A stretch of DNA of 64,000 nt from an uncultured Chloroflexia bacterium (GTDB lineage: Bacteria > Chloroflexota > Limnocylindria > Limnocylindrales > CSP1-4): positions 1 to 64,000 of the forward strand of contig CAVTHS010000011.1 of NCBI GenBank assembly GCA_963734535.1, written 5' to 3'. The translations under genes and the position numbers were made by a program. This document shows positions 1 to 9,341 of this stretch, piece by piece. Each line of letters starts with the position of its first letter. Position 1 is the first letter of the stretch. Below the pieces are notes generated by a model. That model was not told the origin of the DNA, made no database searches, and saw nothing but the letters and a program-made list of their open reading frames with translations.

Positions 1-10
1 CGAGACCGGC

Positions 11-403
11 ATGCCGATCCTGGACCGCCAGCCTCCGTCGGCCCCCCGGCCGTCCTCGCCCGGCGGGGCGACTCCGCGGAGCGTCCCGGAGGTGCGGCCC
101 ACGCCGCTCCAGAAGCACTACGTCCTGCTGTCGGCACCTGCGCTCGTCCTCGGGACCGTGGCGATCACCGCGCTCGAGATGGGCGCCGCGCTGAGCAGCC
201 CCCTCATCAAGGTGTGCGTCCTCGTGGCGGCTCCCCTGCTCGCGGTCGCGAACGCGGACGCCATCGTCCGGATCTGGCGTTCCGCGTGGGCCTGGATGCC
301 CGTCGACGTCAATCGAGGCCGCTTCCGGCTCGCCTGGGTCGTCGTCGGCGTGATCCTGTACGCGCTCCTCGTGACGGCCGCGTGGCTGGTGGTTGCCGCA
401 TGA
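11..403 (+). CDS. small integral membrane protein, unknown function
   Basis: About three hydrophobic helices; stop overlaps the next ATG (ATGA). Confidence 0.7.
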   Translation: MPILDRQPPSAPRPSSPGGATPRSVPEVRPTPLQKHYVLLSAPALVLGTVAITALEMGAALSSPLIKVCVLVAAPLLAVANADAIVRIWRSAWAWMPVDVNRGRFRLAWVVVGVILYALLVTAAWLVVAA

Positions 404-1053
404 GCCACGGGACGCGCAAGCCGCCGAACCCGGTGGGCCTCTCCGACCTCCGCTCCATCGACGAGGCGAGCCTCGTGCCGCCGGGCGTCGACGTGGGCGC
501 CGGTCGCGGCGTCCCGGCCTGGCTCGCGGCCACGCTCAACAACTGCTCGCGGTGCGGTGCCGCGCTGCGCCTCGGGATGGTTCCCGGCGAGGACCGCGAG
601 CGCCTGGCGTGCGCCGCCTGCGGCTTCGTGGCGTACGTCAACCCGCGCCTCGTGGTGACCTGCCTGCCGGTCACCGACGCGGGCGAGGTCATGCTCCTGC
701 GCCGCGGGACCGAGCCCGGCCGGGGCCTGTGGGCCCAGCCGGGCGGCTTCATGGAGGTCGACGAGACGGTCGAGGCGGGCGCCGTCCGCGAGACGCTGGA
801 GGAGACCGGCCTGCTCGTCGAGCCGGGGCGCATCGTGGGCCTGTACACGCGGCCAGAGGCGGCCATCGTCGTCATCGCGTTCGAGGCTCGCATCGTGGGC
901 GGCGCCGTCGCCGAGACTCCTGAGGCGCTCGAGGTCCGGCCGTTCCGCCCGGACGCCATCCCCTGGCCCGAGATCGCGTTCCGGACGAGCGAATGGGCGC
1001 TCCGCGACTGGATCCGCCGGGTCCGCCCGGACCTGGACCGTCCCGGGCGATGA
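400..1053 (+). CDS. NUDIX hydrolase with N-terminal zinc ribbon
   Basis: CSRC...CAAC..YVNP zinc ribbon; Nudix box GGFMEVDETVEAGAVRETLEETG; ATG at 400 coupled to upstream stop. Confidence 0.92.
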   Translation: MSHGTRKPPNPVGLSDLRSIDEASLVPPGVDVGAGRGVPAWLAATLNNCSRCGAALRLGMVPGEDRERLACAACGFVAYVNPRLVVTCLPVTDAGEVMLLRRGTEPGRGLWAQPGGFMEVDETVEAGAVRETLEETGLLVEPGRIVGLYTRPEAAIVVIAFEARIVGGAVAETPEALEVRPFRPDAIPWPEIAFRTSEWALRDWIRRVRPDLDRPGR

Positions 1054-2408
1054 CCGCCCCGCGCGAGATCGACGGCGAGCGCCAGGGCGCCGTCGAGGGC
1101 CGCCGGACCGTCCGTTCGCCCACGCCGGAGTCCCCCGGCGTCCTCGACGCGGTGGGCGTCGTGTTCCTCGGCCCCGGCGAGATGGAGATCGTGCCGTACC
1201 GCGTCGACCCGCCGGGCCCCGGCGAGGTGCGCGTCCGGATGGCCGCCTCGGGTGTCTGCCACTCCGACCTGCACGTCCTCGACGGCGACTGGAGGCGGCC
1301 GGTCCCGACCGTCATGGGCCACGAGGGGGCGGGATGGGTGGAATCCGTCGGGCCGGAGAGAGCGGCCGGAACGGACGCGGGCATAGAGTCCCCGGGTGCG
1401 GATCGCCGCCCGCGAATCGGGGACCTCGTGGTCCTGGCGTGGACCGCGCCGTGCGGCCGATGCGCCTCATGCGGGCGCGGCGAGGGCTGGCTGTGCCTCA
1501 CCCCCGCCGGGTCCGGCCACCGGCGCGCGCCCGGCGACGTCCGGATCCGCCGCCCGGACGGAGCCGCCCTGGGCGCGTACTCCGGGATCGGGACGCTGGG
1601 CTCGGTGCAGGTGGTCGCCGCCGACGCTGCCATCCCGGTGGACCCGCGGACGGACCCGGCCATCGCGGCCCTGATCGGCTGTGCGATCACGACCGGCATC
1701 GGGGCGGTGACCCGGACCGCGCGCGTGGAGCCCGGCCAGACGGTCGCCGTGATCGGCCTCGGCGGCGTGGGGCTGGCGGCTGTGCTCGGCGCGCGACTCG
1801 CCGGCGCCAGCCGGATCGTGGCGATCGACCGAATCGCCGCGAAGCTCGACAGGGCCCTGGAGCTGGGCGCGAGCGACGTCGTCGTCGCAGCGGCCGGCCC
1901 GGCCGCCACGGCCACGGCCGTGCGCGCGCTGCTGGCCGGGAACCCCCACGTCGCCGGTTCCTCCCACGACGCCGCCGGTGCGATGACAGGGGTCGACCAT
2001 GCGTTCGAGACGTCCGGGACCGTCGCCGGGGTCGAGACGGCCCTGGCGGCGGTGCGGCCCGGCGGCACGACGGTCCTCGTGGGGATGCCGCCGCAGGGAG
2101 CCCGGGCGGGGTTCGACGTGTACGCGTTCGTCGAGTCCGGCGCGCGGATCCTCGCGAGCAGCTACGGGTCGGCCGTCCCGGCGGAGATCTTCCCGGAGAT
2201 TGCCGGGTATGCGGTCCAGGGTTCGCTCCCGCTCGAGCGGCTCATCGAGAAGCGGATCGGGCTGCCCGATGTGCCCTCCGCGTTCGAGGCGCTTCGGCGG
2301 GGTGAAGGCGCGCGCCGGGTCGTGATCTACCCAGTTCCTGATGATTACCCAGTTCCTGACCCGTCGTCCGCGGCTCGCCCTGTCCGGCGCCGACGGGCGG
2401 CTCAGTAG
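1050..2408 (+). CDS. zinc-dependent alcohol dehydrogenase (MDR family)
   Basis: GVCHSD, GHEGAG, structural Zn CGRCASC..C, GLGGVG Rossmann motif; ATG at 1050. Confidence 0.93.
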   Translation: MTAPREIDGERQGAVEGRRTVRSPTPESPGVLDAVGVVFLGPGEMEIVPYRVDPPGPGEVRVRMAASGVCHSDLHVLDGDWRRPVPTVMGHEGAGWVESVGPERAAGTDAGIESPGADRRPRIGDLVVLAWTAPCGRCASCGRGEGWLCLTPAGSGHRRAPGDVRIRRPDGAALGAYSGIGTLGSVQVVAADAAIPVDPRTDPAIAALIGCAITTGIGAVTRTARVEPGQTVAVIGLGGVGLAAVLGARLAGASRIVAIDRIAAKLDRALELGASDVVVAAAGPAATATAVRALLAGNPHVAGSSHDAAGAMTGVDHAFETSGTVAGVETALAAVRPGGTTVLVGMPPQGARAGFDVYAFVESGARILASSYGSAVPAEIFPEIAGYAVQGSLPLERLIEKRIGLPDVPSAFEALRRGEGARRVVIYPVPDDYPVPDPSSAARPVRRRRAAQ

Positions 2409-3184
2409 ATCTGCGACGCGTCGGAGGGGATGCTGACCGAGAACGCGCCGTCGGGGATCGAGGCATCGGGTGCGAGCTCCGTCGCGGTGACGAGGCGGCT
2501 GATGACCGTGCCGTAACGCTCCTCGAGTCGGGCCACGAGCCCGGTCTCGCGATCGACGGCGAGCGACAGGCGATAATCGGGACGGTCGCCCGCCATCTCG
2601 ATCGTCCGGGGATGGAGCGACTCGACGACGACCGCCTCGCGGCCGGCGACGAGCTCCGATCCCACGACCCGGCAGGCACCGGTCGCGAGGACGTTCTGGC
2701 ACAGGCCCGCGGGGTGCACGAACGTGTCCACGAGCGAGTTGGCCGGCAGGCTGGTCCGTGGGTGATACGCCCGCGAGGGGCCGGGGAGGTCGCCGCCATC
2801 CAGCCCCGCCACGCGCGTCCGGGCTGGCCTGGTGGATCCCAGGCGATGTCCCGCGTGGTAGGTCCGGATGACGTCGCCGTCCGAGAGCCAGACGTCGTGG
2901 TTCCTCGGCGTGCCGTCCTCCGGGCGGATGGTCGTCACGCGCGCGCGGCCCGGATGCCGCAGCAACAGCTCGTGGAGTCGCAGCGTCTCGCCCGTCGCGA
3001 CCCACGTCCGCTCCTCCAGGCGCAGGCGGAGCGTCTCGAAGCGGAGCTCCGCGTCGCGCATGAACGCGAAGAGCGTCTCGACGTCCGGCAGCCCGGCCGG
3101 GAGCTGGGTGATCTCCGGCCGGCGCGCCCCGTCGACGGCAAGGACGAGCCCGGCGGCAGCGGACCAGCGGGCGGGCGTTGACAT
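2402..3184 (-). CDS. hypothetical protein, LolA/RseB-like beta fold
   Basis: GC-type codon usage; WLSDG, ELVAGREAVVV, VDRETG and terminal PDGAF motifs typical of LolA-like proteins; start uncertain. Confidence 0.55.
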   Translation of the reverse strand: MSTPARWSAAAGLVLAVDGARRPEITQLPAGLPDVETLFAFMRDAELRFETLRLRLEERTWVATGETLRLHELLLRHPGRARVTTIRPEDGTPRNHDVWLSDGDVIRTYHAGHRLGSTRPARTRVAGLDGGDLPGPSRAYHPRTSLPANSLVDTFVHPAGLCQNVLATGACRVVGSELVAGREAVVVESLHPRTIEMAGDRPDYRLSLAVDRETGLVARLEERYGTVISRLVTATELAPDASIPDGAFSVSIPSDASQIY

Positions 3185-3327
3185 GCGCGGCATTCTACCG
3201 TGCGGGTCCGCGCGGCAGAGAACGGTCTCTCTACGCAGCAGTGCGGCGCCTCCGGCGCTCGACGCTCCGTTGCCCCCGCGTAGACTCATCCCATGGACAG
3301 CGGCCAATCGCGGAGGACGCGGGACTG

Positions 3328-4146
3328 GTGACGACGCACGTCACGGCCAATGCCCTCACGGTCGCGTTCCACGCCGAGGGCAGCGGACCGCCGCTCGTGC
3401 TGCTGCACGGCGCATCCTCGACGGGGCGCGAGGACTTCGCTGCCCAGCTCCCGCGCTTCGCCCGCTCGTTCCGCTGTTACCTGCCCGACGCGCGCGGCCA
3501 TGCAGGCACGCGCTGGGACCCGGCACCCGGCCTGCGCTACGGCGACCTGGTGGTGGACCTGGACGCCTTCGCGGACGCCTGCGACCTGGGGACGTTCCAC
3601 CTGCTCGGCTTCTCGATGGGGGCCGCGACCGCGCTGCTCTTCGCGATCCGCCGGCCGGAGCGCCTCCGGACGCTGATCCTGGTCGGGACGTCGCCGGAGC
3701 CCGAGCCGCGCACCCGCGTCATCCGGCACCTCGCCGACGTGGCCCGGATCGATGCGCAGGACCCTGCCTGGGGCGCGGCGCTGGCCCGCAGGCACGACCC
3801 GGTCCAGGGTGCAGGGGCCTGGCGGCGCCTGATGCCGGCGATCATCGAGATGGTCGAGCACCAGCCCGCCGTCTCGGCCGCAGACCTCCGCCGCGCCGAC
3901 GTGCCGGCACTGGTGGTCGTCGGCGACCGCGACCCGTTCGTGCCCGTATCGCAGGCCTGGCAGCTGTCGCGCCAGCTTCCGGACTCGCGCCTGGCCGTGA
4001 TCCCGGGTGCGGGCCACGAGGCGATGGCCGACCAGCCGGGCGTCTTCTCCGAGGCGTGCGCCTCGTTCTGGCGATCGGCCGAGACGGCCGCGGCAGCCCG
4101 TCCCGGACGCCAGGTTGCCGGCGAGGGGCGAGGCGCCGCCCGCTGA
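3328..4146 (+). CDS. alpha/beta fold hydrolase
   Basis: LLHG, DARGHAG, GFSMG nucleophile elbow, GDRD acid, GAGH catalytic His; GTG after GGAGG. Confidence 0.9.
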   Translation: MTTHVTANALTVAFHAEGSGPPLVLLHGASSTGREDFAAQLPRFARSFRCYLPDARGHAGTRWDPAPGLRYGDLVVDLDAFADACDLGTFHLLGFSMGAATALLFAIRRPERLRTLILVGTSPEPEPRTRVIRHLADVARIDAQDPAWGAALARRHDPVQGAGAWRRLMPAIIEMVEHQPAVSAADLRRADVPALVVVGDRDPFVPVSQAWQLSRQLPDSRLAVIPGAGHEAMADQPGVFSEACASFWRSAETAAAARPGRQVAGEGRGAAR

Positions 4147-4228
4147 GAGTCGATACTGTGCCTGGCACGACCTGCGACGCGCAGGAGCGGCCGCGGCACG
4201 CAGTCGCAACCCGGGCACCGAACGGAGC

Positions 4229-5140
4229 GTGACGTTGAGCGAAGGGGCGGACCCGACCCGCCATCCCGGCACCGACCTGGTCGGAGTCGTCTCGCCGGCG
4301 CAGCGGCCCGCGGGGACGCCGGGCGAGGACGGTGTGCAGCTCGATGGCGTCGCCCTCGTGACGCTGACCCGGCCGCGCGCCCTCAATGCCATGAGCTTCG
4401 CCCTGCTCACGGACCTCGCCCGGGTCGTCGAGTCGCTCGACGCCGACCCGGAGGTCCGTGCCATCGTCATCACCGGGGCGGGCACGCGCGCCTTTGCCGC
4501 CGGCGCCGACGTCGGCGAGCTCGCGCAGCAGACGCCCGACTCGCTCGCCGCGGCGGAGGGCCTTCGCGGCTGGGACCGGGTTGCCGCGGTTGGCACGCCC
4601 ACCATCGCCGCGGTTCGAGGCTACGCCCTGGGGGGCGGCTGCGAGCTCGCGATGGCCTGCGACATGGTGGTTGCCGGGAGCGACGCGGTCTTCGGGCAAC
4701 CGGAGATCAAGCTGGGGATCATTCCCGGGGGCGGCGGCACCCAGCGCCTCACGCGGTCGATCGGCGCCGCGCGCGCCATGGAGATCATCCTGACCGGGCG
4801 GCAGGTCCGCGCCGACGAGGCGGCCCGCCTGGGCCTCGTGACGAAGGTCGTGCCGGCCGACGAGACGCTCGCGGCTGCGCTCGATCTTGCGGCCGAGATC
4901 GCGGCCTTGCCGGCCGGTGCCGTGCGTGCTGCAAAGGCCGCGGTCCGAGCCGTCGCAGAGCTGCCCCTGGCAGGCGGCGTCCAGCTCGAGCGAACGCTGT
5001 TCCGGGAGCGCTTCGGCACGGCGGACCAGGTCGAGGGCATGGCTGCGTTCCTCGAGAAGCGCCCACCTCGCTGGGAAGGCAGGCCGGAACCTCCCGGGCG
5101 GCCGATTCCACGCCGTCCCACGAAGGAACGACCAGGATGA
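4229..5140 (+). CDS. enoyl-CoA hydratase/isomerase (crotonase)
   Basis: AFAAGAD, GYALGGGCELAMACD, FGQPEIKLG..PG.GGTQRL, EGMAAFLEKR. Confidence 0.93.
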   Translation: MTLSEGADPTRHPGTDLVGVVSPAQRPAGTPGEDGVQLDGVALVTLTRPRALNAMSFALLTDLARVVESLDADPEVRAIVITGAGTRAFAAGADVGELAQQTPDSLAAAEGLRGWDRVAAVGTPTIAAVRGYALGGGCELAMACDMVVAGSDAVFGQPEIKLGIIPGGGGTQRLTRSIGAARAMEIILTGRQVRADEAARLGLVTKVVPADETLAAALDLAAEIAALPAGAVRAAKAAVRAVAELPLAGGVQLERTLFRERFGTADQVEGMAAFLEKRPPRWEGRPEPPGRPIPRRPTKERPG

Positions 5141-5838
5141 TGCCTCCACGGCCCGAGTCCGATGCGGCGCCCGGCGCGCGGTTCGCGCCAGCTCATCCGG
5201 CCAGGCCGGGCCTCTCCTTCGCTCCGGAACACGACTGGTCTGCCGCGGCCCGGCTCATCTACCCGGTCCTGCGACCGGCCGGCACGCCCGGAAGGTCTCT
5301 CGCCACGCTGGCCACGCCGATGAGCGCTGCCGGGGACACGCAGCCGGTCATCGACGCAGGCCCCGCCGACCTGGTCGTCGCCTACGCGATCTCGGCGGCC
5401 GGGTTCGACGTCCTGGCCAGCGGCGACCACGTCGCAGCGTGGACGGTCGGGCCCTCGACGCTCCGCGAGGCGGCCTTCGGGAACCTCGCGGCCTGGTCGA
5501 GCGGGGCGACCTGGTCGGAGGACGGCGACGGTCGGCGCCGGATCCTCTCGTCCGATACCGGGGACGGCTGGGATGCGGCTCGGATCCTCCTCCCCGAGGT
5601 GACGGCGCACCTGGCTGCGACGCTCGGGGATGGCGGCGCCCGGGTGCTCATCGGGCTGCCGGCGCGCCACCTCCTGCTGGCGGGCGCGCTCCTGCCGGAC
5701 GACCCCGAGTTCGGCGTCCTGTTCGCCGACTTCGTGCTGGACTACGCCGACGACTCGGACGAGGCAATCGACCGGCGGGTCTTCGAGCTGGTGGCCGGGC
5801 GCCTGGCGCCGTTCTCGACGGGCGCACCGCCGACCTGA
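5137..5838 (+). CDS. hypothetical protein, DUF1444/YtpQ-like
   Basis: YPVLR, LVVAYA, LREAAFGNL, DGWDAARILLP, IGLPARH pattern. Confidence 0.6.
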   Translation: MMPPRPESDAAPGARFAPAHPARPGLSFAPEHDWSAAARLIYPVLRPAGTPGRSLATLATPMSAAGDTQPVIDAGPADLVVAYAISAAGFDVLASGDHVAAWTVGPSTLREAAFGNLAAWSSGATWSEDGDGRRRILSSDTGDGWDAARILLPEVTAHLAATLGDGGARVLIGLPARHLLLAGALLPDDPEFGVLFADFVLDYADDSDEAIDRRVFELVAGRLAPFSTGAPPT

Positions 5839-5922
5839 CCCGAGGCGACCGGCATCGCCGTGCCTTGACTCCAACCGAGTATAGGTGCAAGATACACCCG
5901 AAACAGGTAGTAGGAGCGGACG

Positions 5923-6999
5923 ATGGCTATCGTCAGGGGCCCGTTCCCCACCGGCGGCACCGTTGGCCAGGATGACCTCGTCGACCGCGAGGCGGTCGTG
6001 GCAGAGCTCTTCGGGCGCACGTTTGATCGGCTGAACTCCGTCGTGCTGAGCGCGCCCCGGCAGACCGGCAAGACGAGCGTGGCCGAGGAGCTCCTCCGGA
6101 AGGTGCGTCGCGCCGGCGGGTGGGGCATCTACATCGACTGTTCCGCGGCCACGGACGAGCGCGAGCTGGCCGAGCTCATCGCGCGCTCCACGTACGACCA
6201 GGCCAGCGGAAGTCGGGGTGCGTTCACCCGCCTCAAGGACCTCGTCGCAGGAGCCCCAAAACCCGTCTTCTTCCAGAACGACCTCAACCTGTCGCTGGCG
6301 TTCTTCGGTGACCACAAGGACACCCCGGCGCGCCTGCTCGAGCATGCGTTCGGGCTCGCCGACGAGCTGGCGACCCAGAAGGACCGGCGCTGTGTCGTGG
6401 TTTATGACGAGTTCCAGCGGCTGGCGACACTCTCCCCCTCGATCTTCGATCGGACCCGTGCTGCGCTGCAGCATCGAATGACGCACACCGCCTACGTGTT
6501 CATGGGTTCCGAGGTCGGGTTGCTGGACGCGCTCTTCAGGCGGCGCACGAGCATGCCATTCCGCCTGGCCACCCCGATGACCCTGCCATTCCCCAGCCCT
6601 GGAGCGTGGCACGCGTACATCGGGGCGCGATTCCAGGACCTCGAGATCGCCATCGGCGCAGAGGAGATCGACCGGCTGATCGCGTTCACCGGTGGCCACC
6701 CGCGCGATTTGATGGAAGCCTGCGAGCACCTGCTCACGATTCGCAGCGTCAACCCGATTGCCACTGGGGCGCTCGAGCTCGCCGAGACGAGAACGATTGC
6801 TGGGCTATCGGCGCAATTCGACGAGATCTGGACGCAGCGGGCGCGTCAGCGGAACGCGGCCAGGGCGTGCTCGAATGCGGCCAGCGTGCGCGGCGAGAAG
6901 AGGACGAACGTCACCCGTTCGAGCGGTGCTCCCGCCCTGAGCGAGTCCGCGACGGTCGCGACCGCGATACGCGCGGCGTCGTCGAGCGGATACCCGTAG
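5923..6999 (+). pseudogene. AAA/STAND-like (archaeal-ATPase-type) ATP-binding protein, apparently 3'-truncated
   Basis: GPF..G..V..DDLVDRE, Walker A APRQTGKT, Walker B VVYDEFQ, TGGHP; after FDEIWTQ (~6836) the frame reads the antisense of the macrodomain gene. Confidence 0.7.
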
Positions 7000-7382
7000 G
7001 CGCCGGCGCTGATCGCGGGCAACGTCAGCGTCCGCGCGCCGAGCTCGGCGGCGATGCTGAGCGCGGACCGGTAGGCGCCGGCAAGCTGCACGGGCTCGCC
7101 GTGATCGCCGCCGCGCCAGACGGGGCCCACGGCGTGGATCACCCAGCGGGCCGGGAGGGCGCCGGCGCCCGTCGCAACGGCGGTCCCGGCAGGGGTCCCG
7201 TACGAGTGCCGCGAGCGCAGCTCGGCCATGATCTCCGGGCCGCCCGCCCGGTGGATCGCCCCGTCGACCCCGCCGCCACCCGCGAGGGCGGCGTTCGCCG
7301 CGTTGCCGATCGCGTCGGCTGCGATGGTCGTGATGTCGCCCTCGACGAGGACGAGGCGTCCGGTGCCGAACAGCTGCTCCAT
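6846..7382 (-). CDS. macrodomain protein (O-acetyl-ADP-ribose deacetylase, YmdB-like)
   Basis: GDIT, NAAN..L.GGGGVDGAIHRAGG, VIHAVGP, PAISAGAYGYP. Confidence 0.93.
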   Translation of the reverse strand: MEQLFGTGRLVLVEGDITTIAADAIGNAANAALAGGGGVDGAIHRAGGPEIMAELRSRHSYGTPAGTAVATGAGALPARWVIHAVGPVWRGGDHGEPVQLAGAYRSALSIAAELGARTLTLPAISAGAYGYPLDDAARIAVATVADSLRAGAPLERVTFVLFSPRTLAAFEHALAAFR

Positions 7383-7697
7383 CTCGCCTCCGCGCGGCCC
7401 GGCGCGCCGGACCCGGCCGGGCGGCCGCGAATTGTCGTCGCGCCGTCCACGGCCACGGATCACCCACGTGCCGGACATCGCCATTCTGCGCCTCCCCGAC
7501 GGTGCCGGACGCAGCCGGTTCGCGAGGTGCTCGCCGCGACGGGCGGAGGCCAGGCGGTCCCGGATTGCCGCCACAGCGCCTAACCGGAGCCGATTCTTCC
7601 ACCCGGGCGCGATCCCGCCTATCCTGCAGCCCCCGGGCTGGCCCGGGGCCCAGCGGCACCGGTGCCGCCATCAACGGTCTCATCCTGGGGAGGTCTC

Positions 7698-8381
7698 ATG
7701 CGCCGCCATCTGTTCACCCCGCTCGCCGCCCTGGCGGCTCTCGCGATCATGGTCGCTGCCTGTGGCGGCTCCGCCACGGCCGCTCCGAGCGCGGCGGCTC
7801 CGTCTGCCGCGGCTCCGTCCGCCGCCGCGTCGGTGGCGCCGTCGGTCGAGCCATCGCCATCGCCCGAGGCGAGCGCCTCACCCGCAGCGAGCGCGGCCGC
7901 CGACGCGAGCGGCGCGCTGCCGAGCATCGCCCTCCCGTCCTTCAACGCCGACAAGGACCTGGAAGCGCTCCTCCCGTCGAGCTTCGGTGGCGTCACGCTC
8001 CAGAAGTTCAGCATGAAGGGCGCCCAGTTCCTGGGCTCGAACCCGGATCCCACGTTCAACCAGGCGATCGCCGCGCTCGGCCTGACGGCTGCGGACGTGA
8101 GCGTCGCGATCGCTGCCGATCCGACCAGCAAGATGGAGATCTTGTTCGCCGCGATCCGCTTCGCGGGCGCCGACAGCGGCAAGCTGCTCACGGTGTTCCA
8201 GGCGGCCTCCCAGGCGTCGGGCGACCTCGTCGGCTCGGTCAACGTCGGCGGCAAGGACGTCATCAAGACGAAGGACAGCTCGGGCAGCTTCAGCTACTTC
8301 TACGTGAAGAACGACACGGTCCTCGGCGTCACCGCGACGACCGACGCCGCGGCTGCGCCGGCTCTCCAGGTCCTCCCCTGA
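7698..8381 (+). CDS. secreted lipoprotein with Ala/Pro/Ser-rich linker
   Basis: GGAGG RBS, signal peptide with lipobox VAAC, (SAAAP)n linker followed by a globular domain. Confidence 0.8.
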   Translation: MRRHLFTPLAALAALAIMVAACGGSATAAPSAAAPSAAAPSAAASVAPSVEPSPSPEASASPAASAAADASGALPSIALPSFNADKDLEALLPSSFGGVTLQKFSMKGAQFLGSNPDPTFNQAIAALGLTAADVSVAIAADPTSKMEILFAAIRFAGADSGKLLTVFQAASQASGDLVGSVNVGGKDVIKTKDSSGSFSYFYVKNDTVLGVTATTDAAAAPALQVLP

Positions 8382-8537
8382 GGCAAGCCTGCGCATGGCG
8401 CTGGCCGCGTTGCGCATGGGCACCGGCAAATCGCTCCGGCTCTCGACCGGCGCACGTGGCCGTACGATGCTGGGGATCTGCGAGTGCCCAGGCGATCCAT
8501 CCCGGGCCCGCATGACGGAACCCAGGAGGTTGCGACC

Positions 8538-8999
8538 TTGACCACCCTCTCTATCCGCCGTACTCGTCGATTCATTGCCGCGTTGGCGGCAGCTGCTCTC
8601 ATCTGTGTCGTCGCCACCGGCGCCGCGCTTGCCGGAAACAACGGCACGCTGAAGATCCACGAGCAGGGCACGCCCGACGGCACCCCGAACAACGACCCGA
8701 AGGTCTGCACCTTCAACGTCGAGGCGTTCGGCCTCGATGCCGGCCAGACCGGGTACCTCATGTTCGACGTCCAGGGCGGAGATGCCCCGCAGGGCGTGAA
8801 CGCGGGCCCCTTCGCGTTCGGCCCGGCCGACGCGAACGGCTCCTTCGCTTCCGAGTACTTCAGCCCGCCGGCCGGCCACTACAAGGCCACGCTCTACGGC
8901 AAGGCTGACCTGACGGACGTCAAGGCGAAGTCAAAGGTCTTCAAGGTCACCTGCGAAGGTGGCGAGTGGCCGGGCGGGGACGAAGACCCCAATACCTGA
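8538..8999 (+). CDS. small secreted protein, unknown function
   Basis: AGGAGG then TTG start; signal peptide ending ALA; two Cys; high-GC3 codon usage. Confidence 0.72.
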   Translation: MTTLSIRRTRRFIAALAAAALICVVATGAALAGNNGTLKIHEQGTPDGTPNNDPKVCTFNVEAFGLDAGQTGYLMFDVQGGDAPQGVNAGPFAFGPADANGSFASEYFSPPAGHYKATLYGKADLTDVKAKSKVFKVTCEGGEWPGGDEDPNT

Positions 9000-9019
9000 C
9001 GTCGCCCCGGTCAGAACCC

Positions 9020-9053
9020 CTGAGGCCCCACGGAGCGATCCGAGGGGCCTCAG
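9020..9053. terminator. GC-rich stem-loop between convergent genes (probable terminator)
   Basis: CTGAGGCCCC-a-CGGA-gcga-TCCG-a-GGGGCCTCAG inverted repeat just after the 8999 stop. Confidence 0.65.
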
Positions 9054-9341
9054 TCGTGCTGCAGCGAGATCCGGCGCGCTGGATCCTCGGCTCTGCTTCC
9101 CTATCTGACCCGGCGCACCAGTCGGAGGATGCGAGGCGCGCCGGGCGCGGACCGGGGCACGGCGCCGTAATTCGTCGCAGGGCCGCGCATCCGCGGACCA
9201 GGGACCCGGCATGGGTCTCCTATGACCTGACGTCGATCACGAGACGCCCCGACCGCCGGACGAGCCTAAAGGGATCGTACGCTTCGACAGCGCGCGGTCG
9301 CCGGGCGGCCTGACTCGGCTCACTGCGGGGTTTGAATGGCG

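Noticed and set aside
2328-2359. 14-bp direct repeat TACCCAGTTCCTGA at the ADH C-terminus
   Set aside because: A simple 18-nt-period slippage duplication (YPVPDDYPVPD) with no sign of a mobile element.
9220-9335. Possible c-di-GMP (GEMM) riboswitch (GCCTAAA...GACAGC)
   Set aside because: Lacks the GGCAAA/GAAA P2 elements and has no co-oriented downstream gene; it sits between convergent genes.
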